A stretch of 64,000 bases of DNA, from NCBI GenBank assembly GCA_963801165.1, contig CAWDDT010000006.1, positions 416,001 through 480,000 on the forward strand. Direction: 5' to 3'. The position numbers and the translations under genes are program-made. The stretch is from an uncultured bacterium. Its GTDB lineage: Bacteria; Actinomycetota; Acidimicrobiia; Spongiisociales; UBA5794. Under the pieces are notes generated by a model, which made no database searches, was not told the DNA's origin, and saw only the letters and a list, made by a program, of their open reading frames with translations. Positions 11,775-21,645 of the stretch are shown piece by piece (within the stretch, counting starts at the first letter, position 1; each line of letters opens with the position of its first letter).

Positions 11775-13609
11775 CGTCGACTCCCTCCGCCTGTTAGCAC
11801 GGCCACCAGCTCTGTGGCGACCGCATTGGGCACGATCTCGGAGATCTCTTCCACCGATGCGCTGCGCAACCTCTTGAGCGATCCGAAACGGCGCAACAGA
11901 TCCTTCTTCCGTTTTGACCCGATGCCGGGCACCGAATCAAGGACAGAGTCAACCATACGTCTCCGCCGCAGCGTGCGATGGTATGTAATGGCGAAGCGAT
12001 GTGCCTCATCGCGCACACTCTGAAGGAGATAGAGAGCCTCCTCGCCGCGCGGGATCATGAGGGGGTGCTCCTCCCCTGGCAGGTAGACCTCCTCCAAACG
12101 CTTTGCCAGACCGGCGACGGGAATTGCGAGCTCGAACTCGTCGAGCACTTTCACCGCCCGGCCCAGCTGCCCGGCGCCACCATCGATGATCACCAGCGAC
12201 GGCGAGTAAGCGAACTTGCCGCGTTCTTCGACCGGGCGACGGGTGTCGGCGAGATATGCCCCGAACCGGCGCCGCAGCACCTCCTCCATTGCGGCGAAGT
12301 CATCCTGGCCCGAAAGCGTCTTGATCTTGAAGCGTCGGTATTCCGACTTCTTAGGGAGACCGTCCTCGAAGACCACCATCGATGCCACGGTGTCGGTTCC
12401 CTGGATCGTCGAGATGTCGTAGCACTCGATGCGTAGGGGCGCCTCCTTCATGCCGAGGTGCTCCTGCAGGCTGCGCAGCGCCTTGGCGCGGGCGTTGTGG
12501 TCCGAGGCTCGCCTCATCCTGTGCCTGGCGAACTCCTCCCTGGCATTGGCGTATGCGGTTTCCAACAGGTGCCGCTTCGAGCCGCGCCGCGGGACACGTA
12601 TCTCCACATTCGAGCCACGCCGCTTACTCAACCACGCGCTCCAGAGCTCGGGATCGGCTGGCAACTCGGGAACAATGACGAGACGGGGCGGCGTCTGGCC
12701 GCCGTACGTCTGCCGGAGGACGATCTCGATCAACTCGGCGTGAGTCACATCCTCGACCTTGTCTATGACGCTCGTCCTGCGGCCGGTCAGCCTGCCCCTG
12801 GTGACGTTGAAAACGACCACAGCGGCCTCGAGCTCGTCTTCCTCTACGGCGATGAGATCGAACGTCTCCGGCGTGGTCGAGACCAATTCCTGACGCTGTA
12901 GCGCCTTCGCTACCGACGCCAACTGATCCCGGAGACGGGCAGCATGCTCGTACTCGAGCCTCGATGCTGCGTCATGCATCTCACGTCGCAGCTGTGCGGT
13001 GAGGTCGGCCCGGTCTCCGTCGAGAAACGCCGCAAGCCCGTCGAGGTACTGCGCGTACTGGTCACGATCGACCTCCCCGACACAAGGCCCCGAACAGCGC
13101 TCGATGTGATAGAGCAAACAGGGTCGGCCCAGCGAGGCGTGGCTCTTGAACTTCGTATCCGTGCACGACCTTATCGGGAAAGTGCGTAGCAGCAGATCTC
13201 TGGTCTGCCTGATGGCGTAGGCATGAGCGTAGGGCCCGAAATACTGAACACCCTTGCGGCGCCGTCCCCGCATCACCATCACCCGCGGCCATTCCTGATC
13301 CCTGGTCAGCGCCAGATAGGGAAAACTCTTGTCGTCGCGTAGCTTGATGTTGAAGCGCGGTTGATGCTTCTGCACCAGGGTGTACTCCAGCATCAAGGCA
13401 TCGACCTCGGTGTCGGTCACTATCCAGTCGACGGAGGCCGCCGATGACAGCATGGCCCGGGTGCGATCGAGCAGCTCAGAACCGAAGTAGTTGGCGAGAC
13501 GCTTGCGGAGCGATTTGGCTTTGCCGATATATAGGACGCGCCCGTCGGAACCTTTGAACAGGTAGACGCCGGGCCCGTCGGGAATCGTGGAGGCGGGGGG
13601 ACGCTGCAT
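11771..13609 (-). CDS. uvrC: Excinuclease ABC subunit C
   Basis: GIY-YIG domain (PGVYLF..LYIGKAKSLR), UVR domain, RIECYDIS, RDEAHRFA, C-terminal HhH. Confidence 0.97.
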   Translation of the reverse strand: MQRPPASTIPDGPGVYLFKGSDGRVLYIGKAKSLRKRLANYFGSELLDRTRAMLSSAASVDWIVTDTEVDALMLEYTLVQKHQPRFNIKLRDDKSFPYLALTRDQEWPRVMVMRGRRRKGVQYFGPYAHAYAIRQTRDLLLRTFPIRSCTDTKFKSHASLGRPCLLYHIERCSGPCVGEVDRDQYAQYLDGLAAFLDGDRADLTAQLRREMHDAASRLEYEHAARLRDQLASVAKALQRQELVSTTPETFDLIAVEEDELEAAVVVFNVTRGRLTGRRTSVIDKVEDVTHAELIEIVLRQTYGGQTPPRLVIVPELPADPELWSAWLSKRRGSNVEIRVPRRGSKRHLLETAYANAREEFARHRMRRASDHNARAKALRSLQEHLGMKEAPLRIECYDISTIQGTDTVASMVVFEDGLPKKSEYRRFKIKTLSGQDDFAAMEEVLRRRFGAYLADTRRPVEERGKFAYSPSLVIIDGGAGQLGRAVKVLDEFELAIPVAGLAKRLEEVYLPGEEHPLMIPRGEEALYLLQSVRDEAHRFAITYHRTLRRRRMVDSVLDSVPGIGSKRKKDLLRRFGSLKRLRSASVEEISEIVPNAVATELVAVLTGGGSRR

Positions 13610-13713
13610 CTCCTGATGCTACGACAGACTCCGCGCGCTGCTTGCGAGCGCGTGGCAGTTTCCGATCGAAACCCTGGACGGACCGGCACCAACGTGCCGG
13701 CCGCGGCCTCGAT

Positions 13714-13962
13714 CTACGAAGCTACTGCCGCTGCGAAACGGCGGCCGGCCTGCAGGATCTCGTCAACGCTCGATGCCTTGTGCAACTCGACGAAGGCGTG
13801 CTCCCTTACCCGGTGCAGATCTTCGACGGTCATCCACTCTGGCGGTGTCTCGTAGACATCAACCTCGGGCAACTCGGCGACAACTTCATCGGGAGTGTCG
13901 GCCTTGACAAACGCCCAGGCTGCTCCGCTCCCGTACTCGTATGCGACGTAGAAACCGTCCAT
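13714..13962 (-). CDS. Hypothetical protein, 82 aa
   Basis: AAGGAGG RBS before ATG; same strand as the uvr genes. Confidence 0.7.
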   Translation of the reverse strand: MDGFYVAYEYGSGAAWAFVKADTPDEVVAELPEVDVYETPPEWMTVEDLHRVREHAFVELHKASSVDEILQAGRRFAAAVAS

Positions 13963-13992
13963 GCGTCCTCCTTGGTCATGGCATCTTCGGCC

Positions 13993-14706
13993 TTACCGTC
14001 GACTACCTTGAGTGTTCATCCAGCGCACTCCCAGTAGTCGGGGTATTTGCTCTTGACCAACATATTCAGGTTCGGTTGCTATCGCGGCTTTGCTGAGACC
14101 GCTCTCCACAATCTGGTTGAGGCACCAGCCTGCCGACGCCGCCGCGGTGAGGATGTCGGCAAGCGTGCGGTGGTGGAACGTGACCGCAGCACCGGTGGTG
14201 GGCATGAGCGTGCTCCCGGGCTCGAAGTACCTCCCCCATCGCCACAGGATCTCGCCATCGCTCTGATCCAAGATCGGTCCGGACCCGTCGGCGGTGAACG
14301 CCGGGTGGTTCATCACCAGCACCAGCGTCCCGCCGGGGCGGACCACCCGGGCGGCCGCGGCAAACACATCGAGCCCGGAGAGATGCTCGAGCACGAGAAC
14401 CATGTAGGCGCCATCGAAGACACCGCCTCGTACCCACTCCAGATCAGGCAATGCTGTTCGAACGACGGGACCCCGGGCGTACGCATGCCTGAGAAGTGGC
14501 ATGGAGACGTCGCAGCCGACCACCCTCCCCGGATAGAGATCCATGATCTGGCCCTCGCCGCAGCCCAGTTCGAGCAAACGTCCGCCAACGCCTTCGAGCA
14601 AGCCGGTGATCAGCGGCACGATGTCCAACCGGTAGATGGGGTCGCCTGCGACTTCGCCCAACCACCAGGCGCCGTGATCGTTCCACTCGTTGTCAACGCC
14701 ATCCAT
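13993..14706 (-). CDS. Class I SAM-dependent methyltransferase
   Basis: LLELGCGEG motif I, GCDVS, VVRPGGTLV, NHPAF, FHHRTL. Confidence 0.88.
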   Translation of the reverse strand: MDGVDNEWNDHGAWWLGEVAGDPIYRLDIVPLITGLLEGVGGRLLELGCGEGQIMDLYPGRVVGCDVSMPLLRHAYARGPVVRTALPDLEWVRGGVFDGAYMVLVLEHLSGLDVFAAAARVVRPGGTLVLVMNHPAFTADGSGPILDQSDGEILWRWGRYFEPGSTLMPTTGAAVTFHHRTLADILTAAASAGWCLNQIVESGLSKAAIATEPEYVGQEQIPRLLGVRWMNTQGSRR

Positions 14707-14720
14707 AGCCGCGGCACCTC

Positions 14721-14800
14721 TATCCCGGCAGTAGTTCCCTTATCCCGGCAGTAGTTCCCTTATCCCGGCAGCAGTTCCCTTATCCCGGCAGCAGATCCCG
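14721..14800. repeat. 20-bp tandem repeat x4 (TATCCCGGCAGYAGTTCCCT) overlapping the uvrA stop
   Basis: Units start at 14721, 14741, 14761 and 14781. Confidence 0.95.
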
Positions 14801-17605
14801 AAGGAATTTCCCCGTGTACGACTCGGAGACCGCGGCCACTTCCTCGGGCGTGCCCTCGGCGACGATGCGGCCACCGCCCTCACCGCCCTCGGGACCGAGG
14901 TCGATGATCCAGTCGGCGGTCTTGATGACATCGAGGTTGTGCTCAATGACGACCACCGTGTTCCCGGCATCGACCAGACGATGCAGCACGATCAGGAGCT
15001 TGCGAACATCCTCGAAGTGCAGCCCCGTCGTCGGCTCATCAAGCACATAGAAAGTCTGCCCGGTCGATCGCTTCCCCAGTTCCGACGCCAGCTTCACCCG
15101 CTGCGCCTCGCCACCGGAAAGCGTCGGAGCCGGCTGGCCGAGCGTTATGTAGCCGAGACCGACATCAAAGAGTGTCTGCAGGACACGGGCGATCCGGGGC
15201 TGATTCTCGAAGAAGTGGACCGCGGCCTCTACGGACATGTCGAGCACGTCGGCGATCGAGTGACCCTTGAACGTGATCTGGAGGGTCTCCCTGTTGTAGC
15301 GACGCCCCTTGCACACCTCACAGGGAATGTAGACATCAGGCAGGAAGTGCATCTCGATACGGATAGTGCCGTCCCCTTTGCAGGTCTCGCACCGCCCCCC
15401 GGACACATTGAACGAGAACCGACCGGGTTTGTAACCACGCATCCGTGCGTCGGACGTCGACGAGAACAGGTCGCGGATCTTGTCGAACACTTTGGTATAG
15501 GTGGCGGCGTTGGAGCGTGGCGTCCGCCCGATCGGGCTCTGGTCGATGTTGATGATCTTGTCGATCAGGTCGGTACCGGTGAAGCGACGGTGCCTTCCGG
15601 GCAGCTGATGCGATCCGTGCAGCTCGTGATGCAGACCCTTGGAGAGGATCTCCTCTACGAGCGAAGACTTTCCGCTTCCGGAGACACCGGTGACAACGGT
15701 CAGCGAGCCCAGCGGGAAGGCAACGGTGAGATCCTTGAGGTTGTTCTCGGCGGCGCCTTCGACTGTGATCGCTCCCCCGGTCCCGATCCGACGCACCTCA
15801 GGGACCAAGATCTCCCGCCTTCCGGCGAGGTAGTCGCCCGTGAGCGAATCCGGGGCGCCGGTGATCGCATCGAGATCTCCCTGGGCGACGATCCGACCAC
15901 CGTGAGCGCCTGCGCCCGGGCCGATGTCGACTATGTGGTCGGCAATCCGGATGGTCTCTTCGTCGTGCTCGACGACGATCAGCGTGTTCCCCAGGTCGCG
16001 GAGCCGCAGCAGGGTCTCGATCAGCCGCTGGTTGTCACGCTGGTGCAGCCCGATCGACGGTTCGTCGAGGATATAGAGGACGCCGACCAGACCGGAGCCG
16101 ATCTGGGTGGCCAGCCGGATCCGCTGAGCCTCGCCGCCGGCGAGCGTGGCGGCGCCCCGCATGAGAGTCAGATAGTCGAGCCCGACGTCGACCAGGAAGG
16201 AGAGACGTGCCTTGATCTCCTTGATGACGAGATGGGCGATCTTCGTGTCACGCTCGCTCAGCCGCAAACCCCCAACCCAATCGACCGTATTGCGCAACGA
16301 CATCGCCGACACCTCGAAGATGCTCTTGTCCGCCACGGTGACGGCCAGCGACACCTCGTTGAGCCTTCCCCCGTGGCACGCCCTACACGGCACCTCGCGC
16401 ATGAACTGCTCGTATTGCTGGCGGGCACCTTCCGAGTCGGTCTCCCGATAACGCCGATCCAGCCAGGGGATCACCCCCTCATATACCGTCTCGTACTGCC
16501 GTTTGCGGCCAAACCGGTTCTGGTAGACCACCGGGAAGGGCTTGTCGCCGGCACCGTTGAGCAGAAGCTCCTGCTGTTGCGTCTTCAGCCTCCGGAACGG
16601 GCGCCGCATGTCGATGCCCTCCCGCTGCGCCACCGACTCGAGCAGACGCCGCATGTAGCCCAGACGGTGCTGCGCGGCCCACGGCGCCAGCGCACCCTCC
16701 GCAAGACTGCGGTCGGGGTGCGGCACCACCAACTCCGGGTCGACCTGGTAGCGGGTTCCGATGCCGGTGCAGACCGGACATGCCCCGTATGGGCTGTTGA
16801 ACGAGAAGTTCCTCGGCTGCAACTCCTCGAACGACAAACCGCACTCGGGGCAGGCGAAGGCCTGGCTGAAGGTCAGCATGGGACCATCGACTACGTCGAT
16901 GAAGGCCACACCCTCGGCAAGTGACAGGGCTGTCTCGAGTGACTCGGTGAGCCGCTGCTCTATACCGTCTTTGCGCACCAGCCGGTCGACCACCACTTCG
17001 ATCGTGTGCTGGTAGTAGCGGTCGAGCTTGATCTCCTCGCTGAGATCGTGGACCTCGCCGTCGATGCGGGCCCGGCTGAAACCATCCTTGTGCAGGTCGG
17101 CGAGCAAAGACTCGTATTCGCCTTTCCGCCCTTGCACGACCGGCGCCAGGACCTGAAACCTCGTCCCATCAGCCAGGTCGAGAATCTGGTCGACGATCTG
17201 CTGTGGGGTTTGTCTGGCCACAACCGAGCCGTCCCGTGGACAATGTGGGATGCCGATGCGGGCGTAAAGCAGCCGCAGATAGTCGTGGATCTCGGTGACG
17301 GTTCCAACCGTCGACCTCGGGTTGCGACTCGCCGATTTCTGATCGATTGAGATCGCCGGAGACAGACCCTCGATGAAGTCAACGTCGGGCTTCTCCATCT
17401 GCCCAAGGAACTGGCGAGCATATGCGGACAGGCTCTCGACATAGCGACGCTGCCCCTCTGCATAGATGGTGTCAAACGCCAGCGACGACTTGCCAGAACC
17501 GGAGAGCCCGGTAAACACGATCAGCTCGTCGCGCGGCAACGTCAGGTCTACATCGTTGAGATTGTGCTCGCGGGCACCCTTGATGATGATGTTGCCGCTG
17601 CCCAA
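14780..17605 (-). CDS. uvrA: Excinuclease ABC subunit A
   Basis: GAREHNL, two ABC ATPase domains ([18 protein letters not shown]), CxxC zinc fingers, LSGGEAQR. Confidence 0.98.
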   Translation of the reverse strand: MGSGNIIIKGAREHNLNDVDLTLPRDELIVFTGLSGSGKSSLAFDTIYAEGQRRYVESLSAYARQFLGQMEKPDVDFIEGLSPAISIDQKSASRNPRSTVGTVTEIHDYLRLLYARIGIPHCPRDGSVVARQTPQQIVDQILDLADGTRFQVLAPVVQGRKGEYESLLADLHKDGFSRARIDGEVHDLSEEIKLDRYYQHTIEVVVDRLVRKDGIEQRLTESLETALSLAEGVAFIDVVDGPMLTFSQAFACPECGLSFEELQPRNFSFNSPYGACPVCTGIGTRYQVDPELVVPHPDRSLAEGALAPWAAQHRLGYMRRLLESVAQREGIDMRRPFRRLKTQQQELLLNGAGDKPFPVVYQNRFGRKRQYETVYEGVIPWLDRRYRETDSEGARQQYEQFMREVPCRACHGGRLNEVSLAVTVADKSIFEVSAMSLRNTVDWVGGLRLSERDTKIAHLVIKEIKARLSFLVDVGLDYLTLMRGAATLAGGEAQRIRLATQIGSGLVGVLYILDEPSIGLHQRDNQRLIETLLRLRDLGNTLIVVEHDEETIRIADHIVDIGPGAGAHGGRIVAQGDLDAITGAPDSLTGDYLAGRREILVPEVRRIGTGGAITVEGAAENNLKDLTVAFPLGSLTVVTGVSGSGKSSLVEEILSKGLHHELHGSHQLPGRHRRFTGTDLIDKIINIDQSPIGRTPRSNAATYTKVFDKIRDLFSSTSDARMRGYKPGRFSFNVSGGRCETCKGDGTIRIEMHFLPDVYIPCEVCKGRRYNRETLQITFKGHSIADVLDMSVEAAVHFFENQPRIARVLQTLFDVGLGYITLGQPAPTLSGGEAQRVKLASELGKRSTGQTFYVLDEPTTGLHFEDVRKLLIVLHRLVDAGNTVVVIEHNLDVIKTADWIIDLGPEGGEGGGRIVAEGTPEEVAAVSESYTGKFLRDLLPG

Positions 17606-17647
17606 CGCTTCGCCGTCCTCTAGCCCTCAATCGCACGATCGGAGGCG

Positions 17648-17670
17648 ATTGTAGTTTGGGGGTGTGACAA
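17648..17670 (-). promoter_or_regulatory. PafBC/RecA-NDp-like DNA-damage promoter of uvrA
   Basis: Minus strand TTGTCAC-ACCCCCAAAC-TACAAT fits TGTCxx-N10-TAnnnT; the same TTGTCACACCC lies before uvrB. Confidence 0.7.
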
Positions 17671-17712
17671 GAAACGGCGGGAAGAAACCCGTTTGGAGGC
17701 ACCCACGAGCTG

Positions 17713-18918
17713 TCACGACGACTGCGAAGCTGGCCCGGCTGCGGCATTGCTCGTACCCGGGCGGCCTCGCAGCAATAGGTATGCCAGTGCGGCGAGGCCG
17801 ATGGGCCCGAGCGGGGACCACCCGAGCGTCTCCTTGCCCAACTGGAGCCAGGAAATCGCGATGAGAGCCGCCACGACCGGCGCCACCCGCCGCCAGGACG
17901 TCGCCACCACCACAAGGGCAGGTAATAGCAGGCCCCCGTCGTAGAAGAGCGTCTGTGGGGCTACCGCCATAGCGGCGGCGGCGGCCAGCCCCCAACGCCA
18001 GAGTGCTGCGTCGTGGGGGAATCGCCACCATTCCCGTGCGACTGCCAGCGCCACCAACAGCGCGAGCCCGTACCCGATCGTCTCGGCGAGGCGAGACCCG
18101 GCACCGAGTGAGTTCGCCAGGAAGCCGGGAAACGAGATGAAGTTCGGCCCGTTTGCCACCACGTTCAGGCTGCTGAAGTCTCCCGCCTGTCCCCACCAAT
18201 CGCCGAGCCAGCTCCCGCCCATCAGAAGGGTCGAGACGACAAACAGCGTGATCGCACCAGTTGCCCACCCTGCCAGCGCTCGCCAGCGTCTCGCGACAAG
18301 CAATAGCGGCAAAACCACGACGCCGAACTGCGGCTTGTATAGCAGCAGGGCGGCAACCAGCCCGGCGAGAAAGGCACGATCGTCGTGGTCGAGTCGGGCC
18401 GCCGCACTGAACAAGAGCAGAGACAGCGCGACGTTCTGGCCCCCGACCACGCCCGCAAACACCGGGTAGAAGGCAAGCGCGATTACCAGCAATGCCGGCT
18501 TCTGCAGCCTGGTCCAGCGCAACCACGGCTGAAGAGCCGCTATCGCACCCGCCAGGGCGAGCGCCATCAGAACCGTGTGGAGCAGGAACGCCCACCTGTA
18601 GCCCAGGTGGGTGAGCAGCCCGTACACGGCGGCGGCAAAGGGCGGGTAGGCGAAATAGAGGTAACCACCCTCGTCGTTGATCAGCCCGGCCTGCTCCTGC
18701 TGCTGGCGTCCGGCGTCGTATAGCTGGTCCCATTCACCGCTCGCAGCGATCGCACCTGCCCCGTAGAACGTTGGGTAATCGCCCCCGAGCCTGCTGGCCG
18801 GATCATCGACGTCGTAACGCACGGTGGCCAGTAGGAGCGCCAGAGCCAGGGCAGTCAGGATCGCCAGTGGATATACCCTTAGTCGCCACGAATACCCGTC
18901 GCCCGATCCGCTAGTCAC
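17713..18918 (-). CDS. GT87 (DUF2029)-like membrane glycosyltransferase
   Basis: Polytopic; GGDYPTFYGAG, FAYPPF, GGQN and KPQFG motifs typical of GT87. Confidence 0.8.
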   Translation of the reverse strand: MTSGSGDGYSWRLRVYPLAILTALALALLLATVRYDVDDPASRLGGDYPTFYGAGAIAASGEWDQLYDAGRQQQEQAGLINDEGGYLYFAYPPFAAAVYGLLTHLGYRWAFLLHTVLMALALAGAIAALQPWLRWTRLQKPALLVIALAFYPVFAGVVGGQNVALSLLLFSAAARLDHDDRAFLAGLVAALLLYKPQFGVVVLPLLLVARRWRALAGWATGAITLFVVSTLLMGGSWLGDWWGQAGDFSSLNVVANGPNFISFPGFLANSLGAGSRLAETIGYGLALLVALAVAREWWRFPHDAALWRWGLAAAAAMAVAPQTLFYDGGLLLPALVVVATSWRRVAPVVAALIAISWLQLGKETLGWSPLGPIGLAALAYLLLRGRPGTSNAAAGPASQSS

Positions 18919-18955
18919 GGTGGAGACGATACCGCCTGTGCCGAGGGCACAGGCG

Positions 18956-20968
18956 TCATCGTGCGGCTTCCCTGACCTCGCGTAGCTCCTGTTTCAGCCC
19001 GCTCACCTCGTCACGGAGACGAGCGGCATACTCGAAACGCAGTTCGGTAGCCGCAATGTGCATCTCTTCCTCCAGGCTCTGGATGAGCCGGCGCAGGTCC
19101 GACGTGTCCATGTCGAGAGGCTTGCGCTCCCGGTTCTCGCGCACCCGCCGATCCGCCGACGGCGAATCAGACGACTGGACGAGGGCGAGGATATCGCTCA
19201 CCTTCTTCCGGATCGTCTGTGGATCGATTCCGTGCTCCTCGTTGAAGTCCTTCTGGAGCCGGCGGCGCCGGTTGGTCTCGCTTATCGCCCACTGCATCGA
19301 GTCGGTGACGGAGTCGGCGTACATGATGACCTGACCCTCGACATTGCGCGCTGCCCGGCCGATCGTTTGCACGAGCGAGGTCTGTGATCGCAGGAATCCC
19401 TCCTTGTCGGCATCCAGGATGGCCACCAGGGAGACCTCCGGCAGGTCGAGCCCCTCCCGCAACAGGTTGACTCCGACCAGGACGTCGTATTCCCCCCGCC
19501 GCAACTCGCTGAGGATCTGCACCCGCTCGAGCGTGTCGATGTCCGAATGCAAGTAGCGAGCCTTCACACCGAGCTCGAGCAGGTAGTCGGTGAGATCCTC
19601 GGACATCTTCTTTGTCAACGTCGTCACCAGCACCCTCTGGTCCCGCTCCGCACGCAGCTGGATCTCCTCGAGGAGGTCGTCGATCTGACCCTTGGTCGGC
19701 CTCACGATCACCTCGGGGTCAACCAGACCGGTGGGACGGATCACCTGCTCTACGACCTGGTCGGATGTGTCGAGCTCCCATCGACTCGGCGTTGCCGACA
19801 GGAGGACGCATTGGTTGGTCCTCTCGAACCACTCTTCGAAGGTGATCGGACGGTTGTCGAGCGCCGACGGCAACCGGAATCCGTGTGCGACGAGAACCTC
19901 TTTGCGGCTGCGATCGCCGGCGTATTGACCATGGATCTGAGGGATTGTCACGTGGCTCTCGTCGATGATGGTGAGGTAGTTGTCGGGGAAGTAATCGAGC
20001 AACGTGTACGGAGGGCTCCCCGCCGTGCGCTCGTCGAGGTGACGTGAGTAGTTTTCGATACCGGCGCAGGTGCCGATTTCCCGCATCATCTCCATGTCGT
20101 ACGAGGTACGCATCCGGAGCCTCTGCGCCTCGAGGAGCTTCCCCTGAGTCTCGAGCTCGTCGAGGCGTTGGTGGAGCTCTGTCTCAATATTGCCGACCGC
20201 CCGCAACATCCTTTCCCGCCCTGCGACGTAGTGGGTGGCGGGATAGACCATCACTTCCCGCATCTCCTCGAGTATCTCACCGGTGACCGGGTTCATGCGC
20301 AGGATTCGGTCCACCTCGTCGCCGAAGTACTCGATCCGGTATATGGTTTCCTCGTAGGCCGGGAAGACCTCGAGCGTGTCCCCCTTCAGCCGGAACTTCC
20401 CGCGCACCAGGTTCATCTCGTTGCGCTCATATTGGATGTCGACCAACCGCCGCACGGCGTCCTGGAGCGGAAACTCGACACCGCGGATGACCCGCAGCAG
20501 CCGGCCCTCGTACTGTTCCGGCGAGCCGAGACCGTAAATGGCCGACACCGAAGCCACGATGATCACGTCCTCACGGGTCAGCAGCGCCGCTGTTGCGGAG
20601 TGTCGGAGACGGTCGATCTCATCGTTCATCGTCGACTCCTTCTCGATGTAGGTGTCGGTTTGAGCGATGTACGCCTCCGGCTGGTAATAGTCGTAATAGC
20701 TGACGAAGTACTCGACCCGGTTCTCGGGGAAGAACTCACGGAACTCGTTGGCGAGCTGGGCAGCCAGGGCCTTGTTGGGAGCGAGAACGAGTGTCGGTCT
20801 CTGCACTTGCTCGATCAGCCAAGCGATCGTTGCCGATTTGCCGGAACCGGTGATCCCCAGAAGGGTCTGGAAACGGTCGCCGCGGTACACCCCCTCAGCC
20901 AGCCGGGCAATGGCTTCCGGTTGATCTCCTGCTGGAGAGAAGTCGCTATGAACCTTGAAGGGTCGCAT
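18956..20968 (-). CDS. uvrB: Excinuclease ABC subunit B
   Basis: [47 protein letters not shown]-terminal UVR domain. Confidence 0.98.
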   Translation of the reverse strand: MRPFKVHSDFSPAGDQPEAIARLAEGVYRGDRFQTLLGITGSGKSATIAWLIEQVQRPTLVLAPNKALAAQLANEFREFFPENRVEYFVSYYDYYQPEAYIAQTDTYIEKESTMNDEIDRLRHSATAALLTREDVIIVASVSAIYGLGSPEQYEGRLLRVIRGVEFPLQDAVRRLVDIQYERNEMNLVRGKFRLKGDTLEVFPAYEETIYRIEYFGDEVDRILRMNPVTGEILEEMREVMVYPATHYVAGRERMLRAVGNIETELHQRLDELETQGKLLEAQRLRMRTSYDMEMMREIGTCAGIENYSRHLDERTAGSPPYTLLDYFPDNYLTIIDESHVTIPQIHGQYAGDRSRKEVLVAHGFRLPSALDNRPITFEEWFERTNQCVLLSATPSRWELDTSDQVVEQVIRPTGLVDPEVIVRPTKGQIDDLLEEIQLRAERDQRVLVTTLTKKMSEDLTDYLLELGVKARYLHSDIDTLERVQILSELRRGEYDVLVGVNLLREGLDLPEVSLVAILDADKEGFLRSQTSLVQTIGRAARNVEGQVIMYADSVTDSMQWAISETNRRRRLQKDFNEEHGIDPQTIRKKVSDILALVQSSDSPSADRRVRENRERKPLDMDTSDLRRLIQSLEEEMHIAATELRFEYAARLRDEVSGLKQELREVREAAR

Positions 20969-20974
20969 TGCGTC

Positions 20975-20997
20975 AGCGTACCCGCCGGGTGTGACAA
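20975..20997 (-). promoter_or_regulatory. PafBC/RecA-NDp-like promoter of uvrB, probably leaderless
   Basis: Minus strand TTGTCAC-ACCCGGCGGG-TACGCT, then 6 nt to the ATG. Confidence 0.7.
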
Positions 20998-21013
20998 AAA
21001 CGCACGCGCCCGA

Positions 21014-21622
21014 TCATCGACTCGAGCGCGAGGTCAGCGTCGCCCACAATTCATCGACTTGCGCCGCCAGGTCGGCAAACGAACCGCGGTTGTCGATCAC
21101 GTAGTCGGCGTGCGACAGCCACGAGTCGCGCTTGGGTTGCACCGCAAGCCTGCGGGCGACATCGGCTGGATCCATCCCCCGCCCCACCGCCCGGACGGCC
21201 CGGATCTCTCTCGGAGCATCGACCACCACCCTCGTCCAGTCGGCATCGGCTCGCTCCTGCGCCAGCGGCAGCTCGACGACCACGTCGCGACTACCTGCCC
21301 CGACCACCCTCTTTGCGATCTCCGCCGCGATGAGAGGGTGCGTGATGGCTTCGAGCTCGGCGAGCTGCTCCCGATCGGAGAATACGATTGCGGCGAGCCG
21401 CCACCGCTCGATCCGGCCATCCACAACAGTCTCCGGCCATCGCCCGGCCACCTGGTCGAATGCGGCACCCCCCGGTTCCAATACGTCATGACCGATCTGA
21501 TCGGCTTCGATCACCAACGCACCCCGGTCGGCGAGCAGCCGGGTCACGCTGGTCTTTCCGCTGCCGATTCCCCCGCTCACGATGATCCGGAGCGGTTGTC
21601 TGGCATTGTCAACGGACCTCAC
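21014..21622 (-). CDS. coaE: Dephospho-CoA kinase
   Basis: SGGIGSGKT, IEADQIGH, LEAITHP, ADYVIDNRG; GTG start 7 nt after TACAGT; directly upstream of uvrB. Confidence 0.92.
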   Translation of the reverse strand: MRSVDNARQPLRIIVSGGIGSGKTSVTRLLADRGALVIEADQIGHDVLEPGGAAFDQVAGRWPETVVDGRIERWRLAAIVFSDREQLAELEAITHPLIAAEIAKRVVGAGSRDVVVELPLAQERADADWTRVVVDAPREIRAVRAVGRGMDPADVARRLAVQPKRDSWLSHADYVIDNRGSFADLAAQVDELWATLTSRSSR

Positions 21623-21645
21623 GCCCGGGACTGTACCCTGTGACG

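Noticed and set aside
14721-14800. 20-bp repeat as a mini-CRISPR
   Set aside because: Head-to-tail repeats with no spacers, derived from the uvrA 3' end
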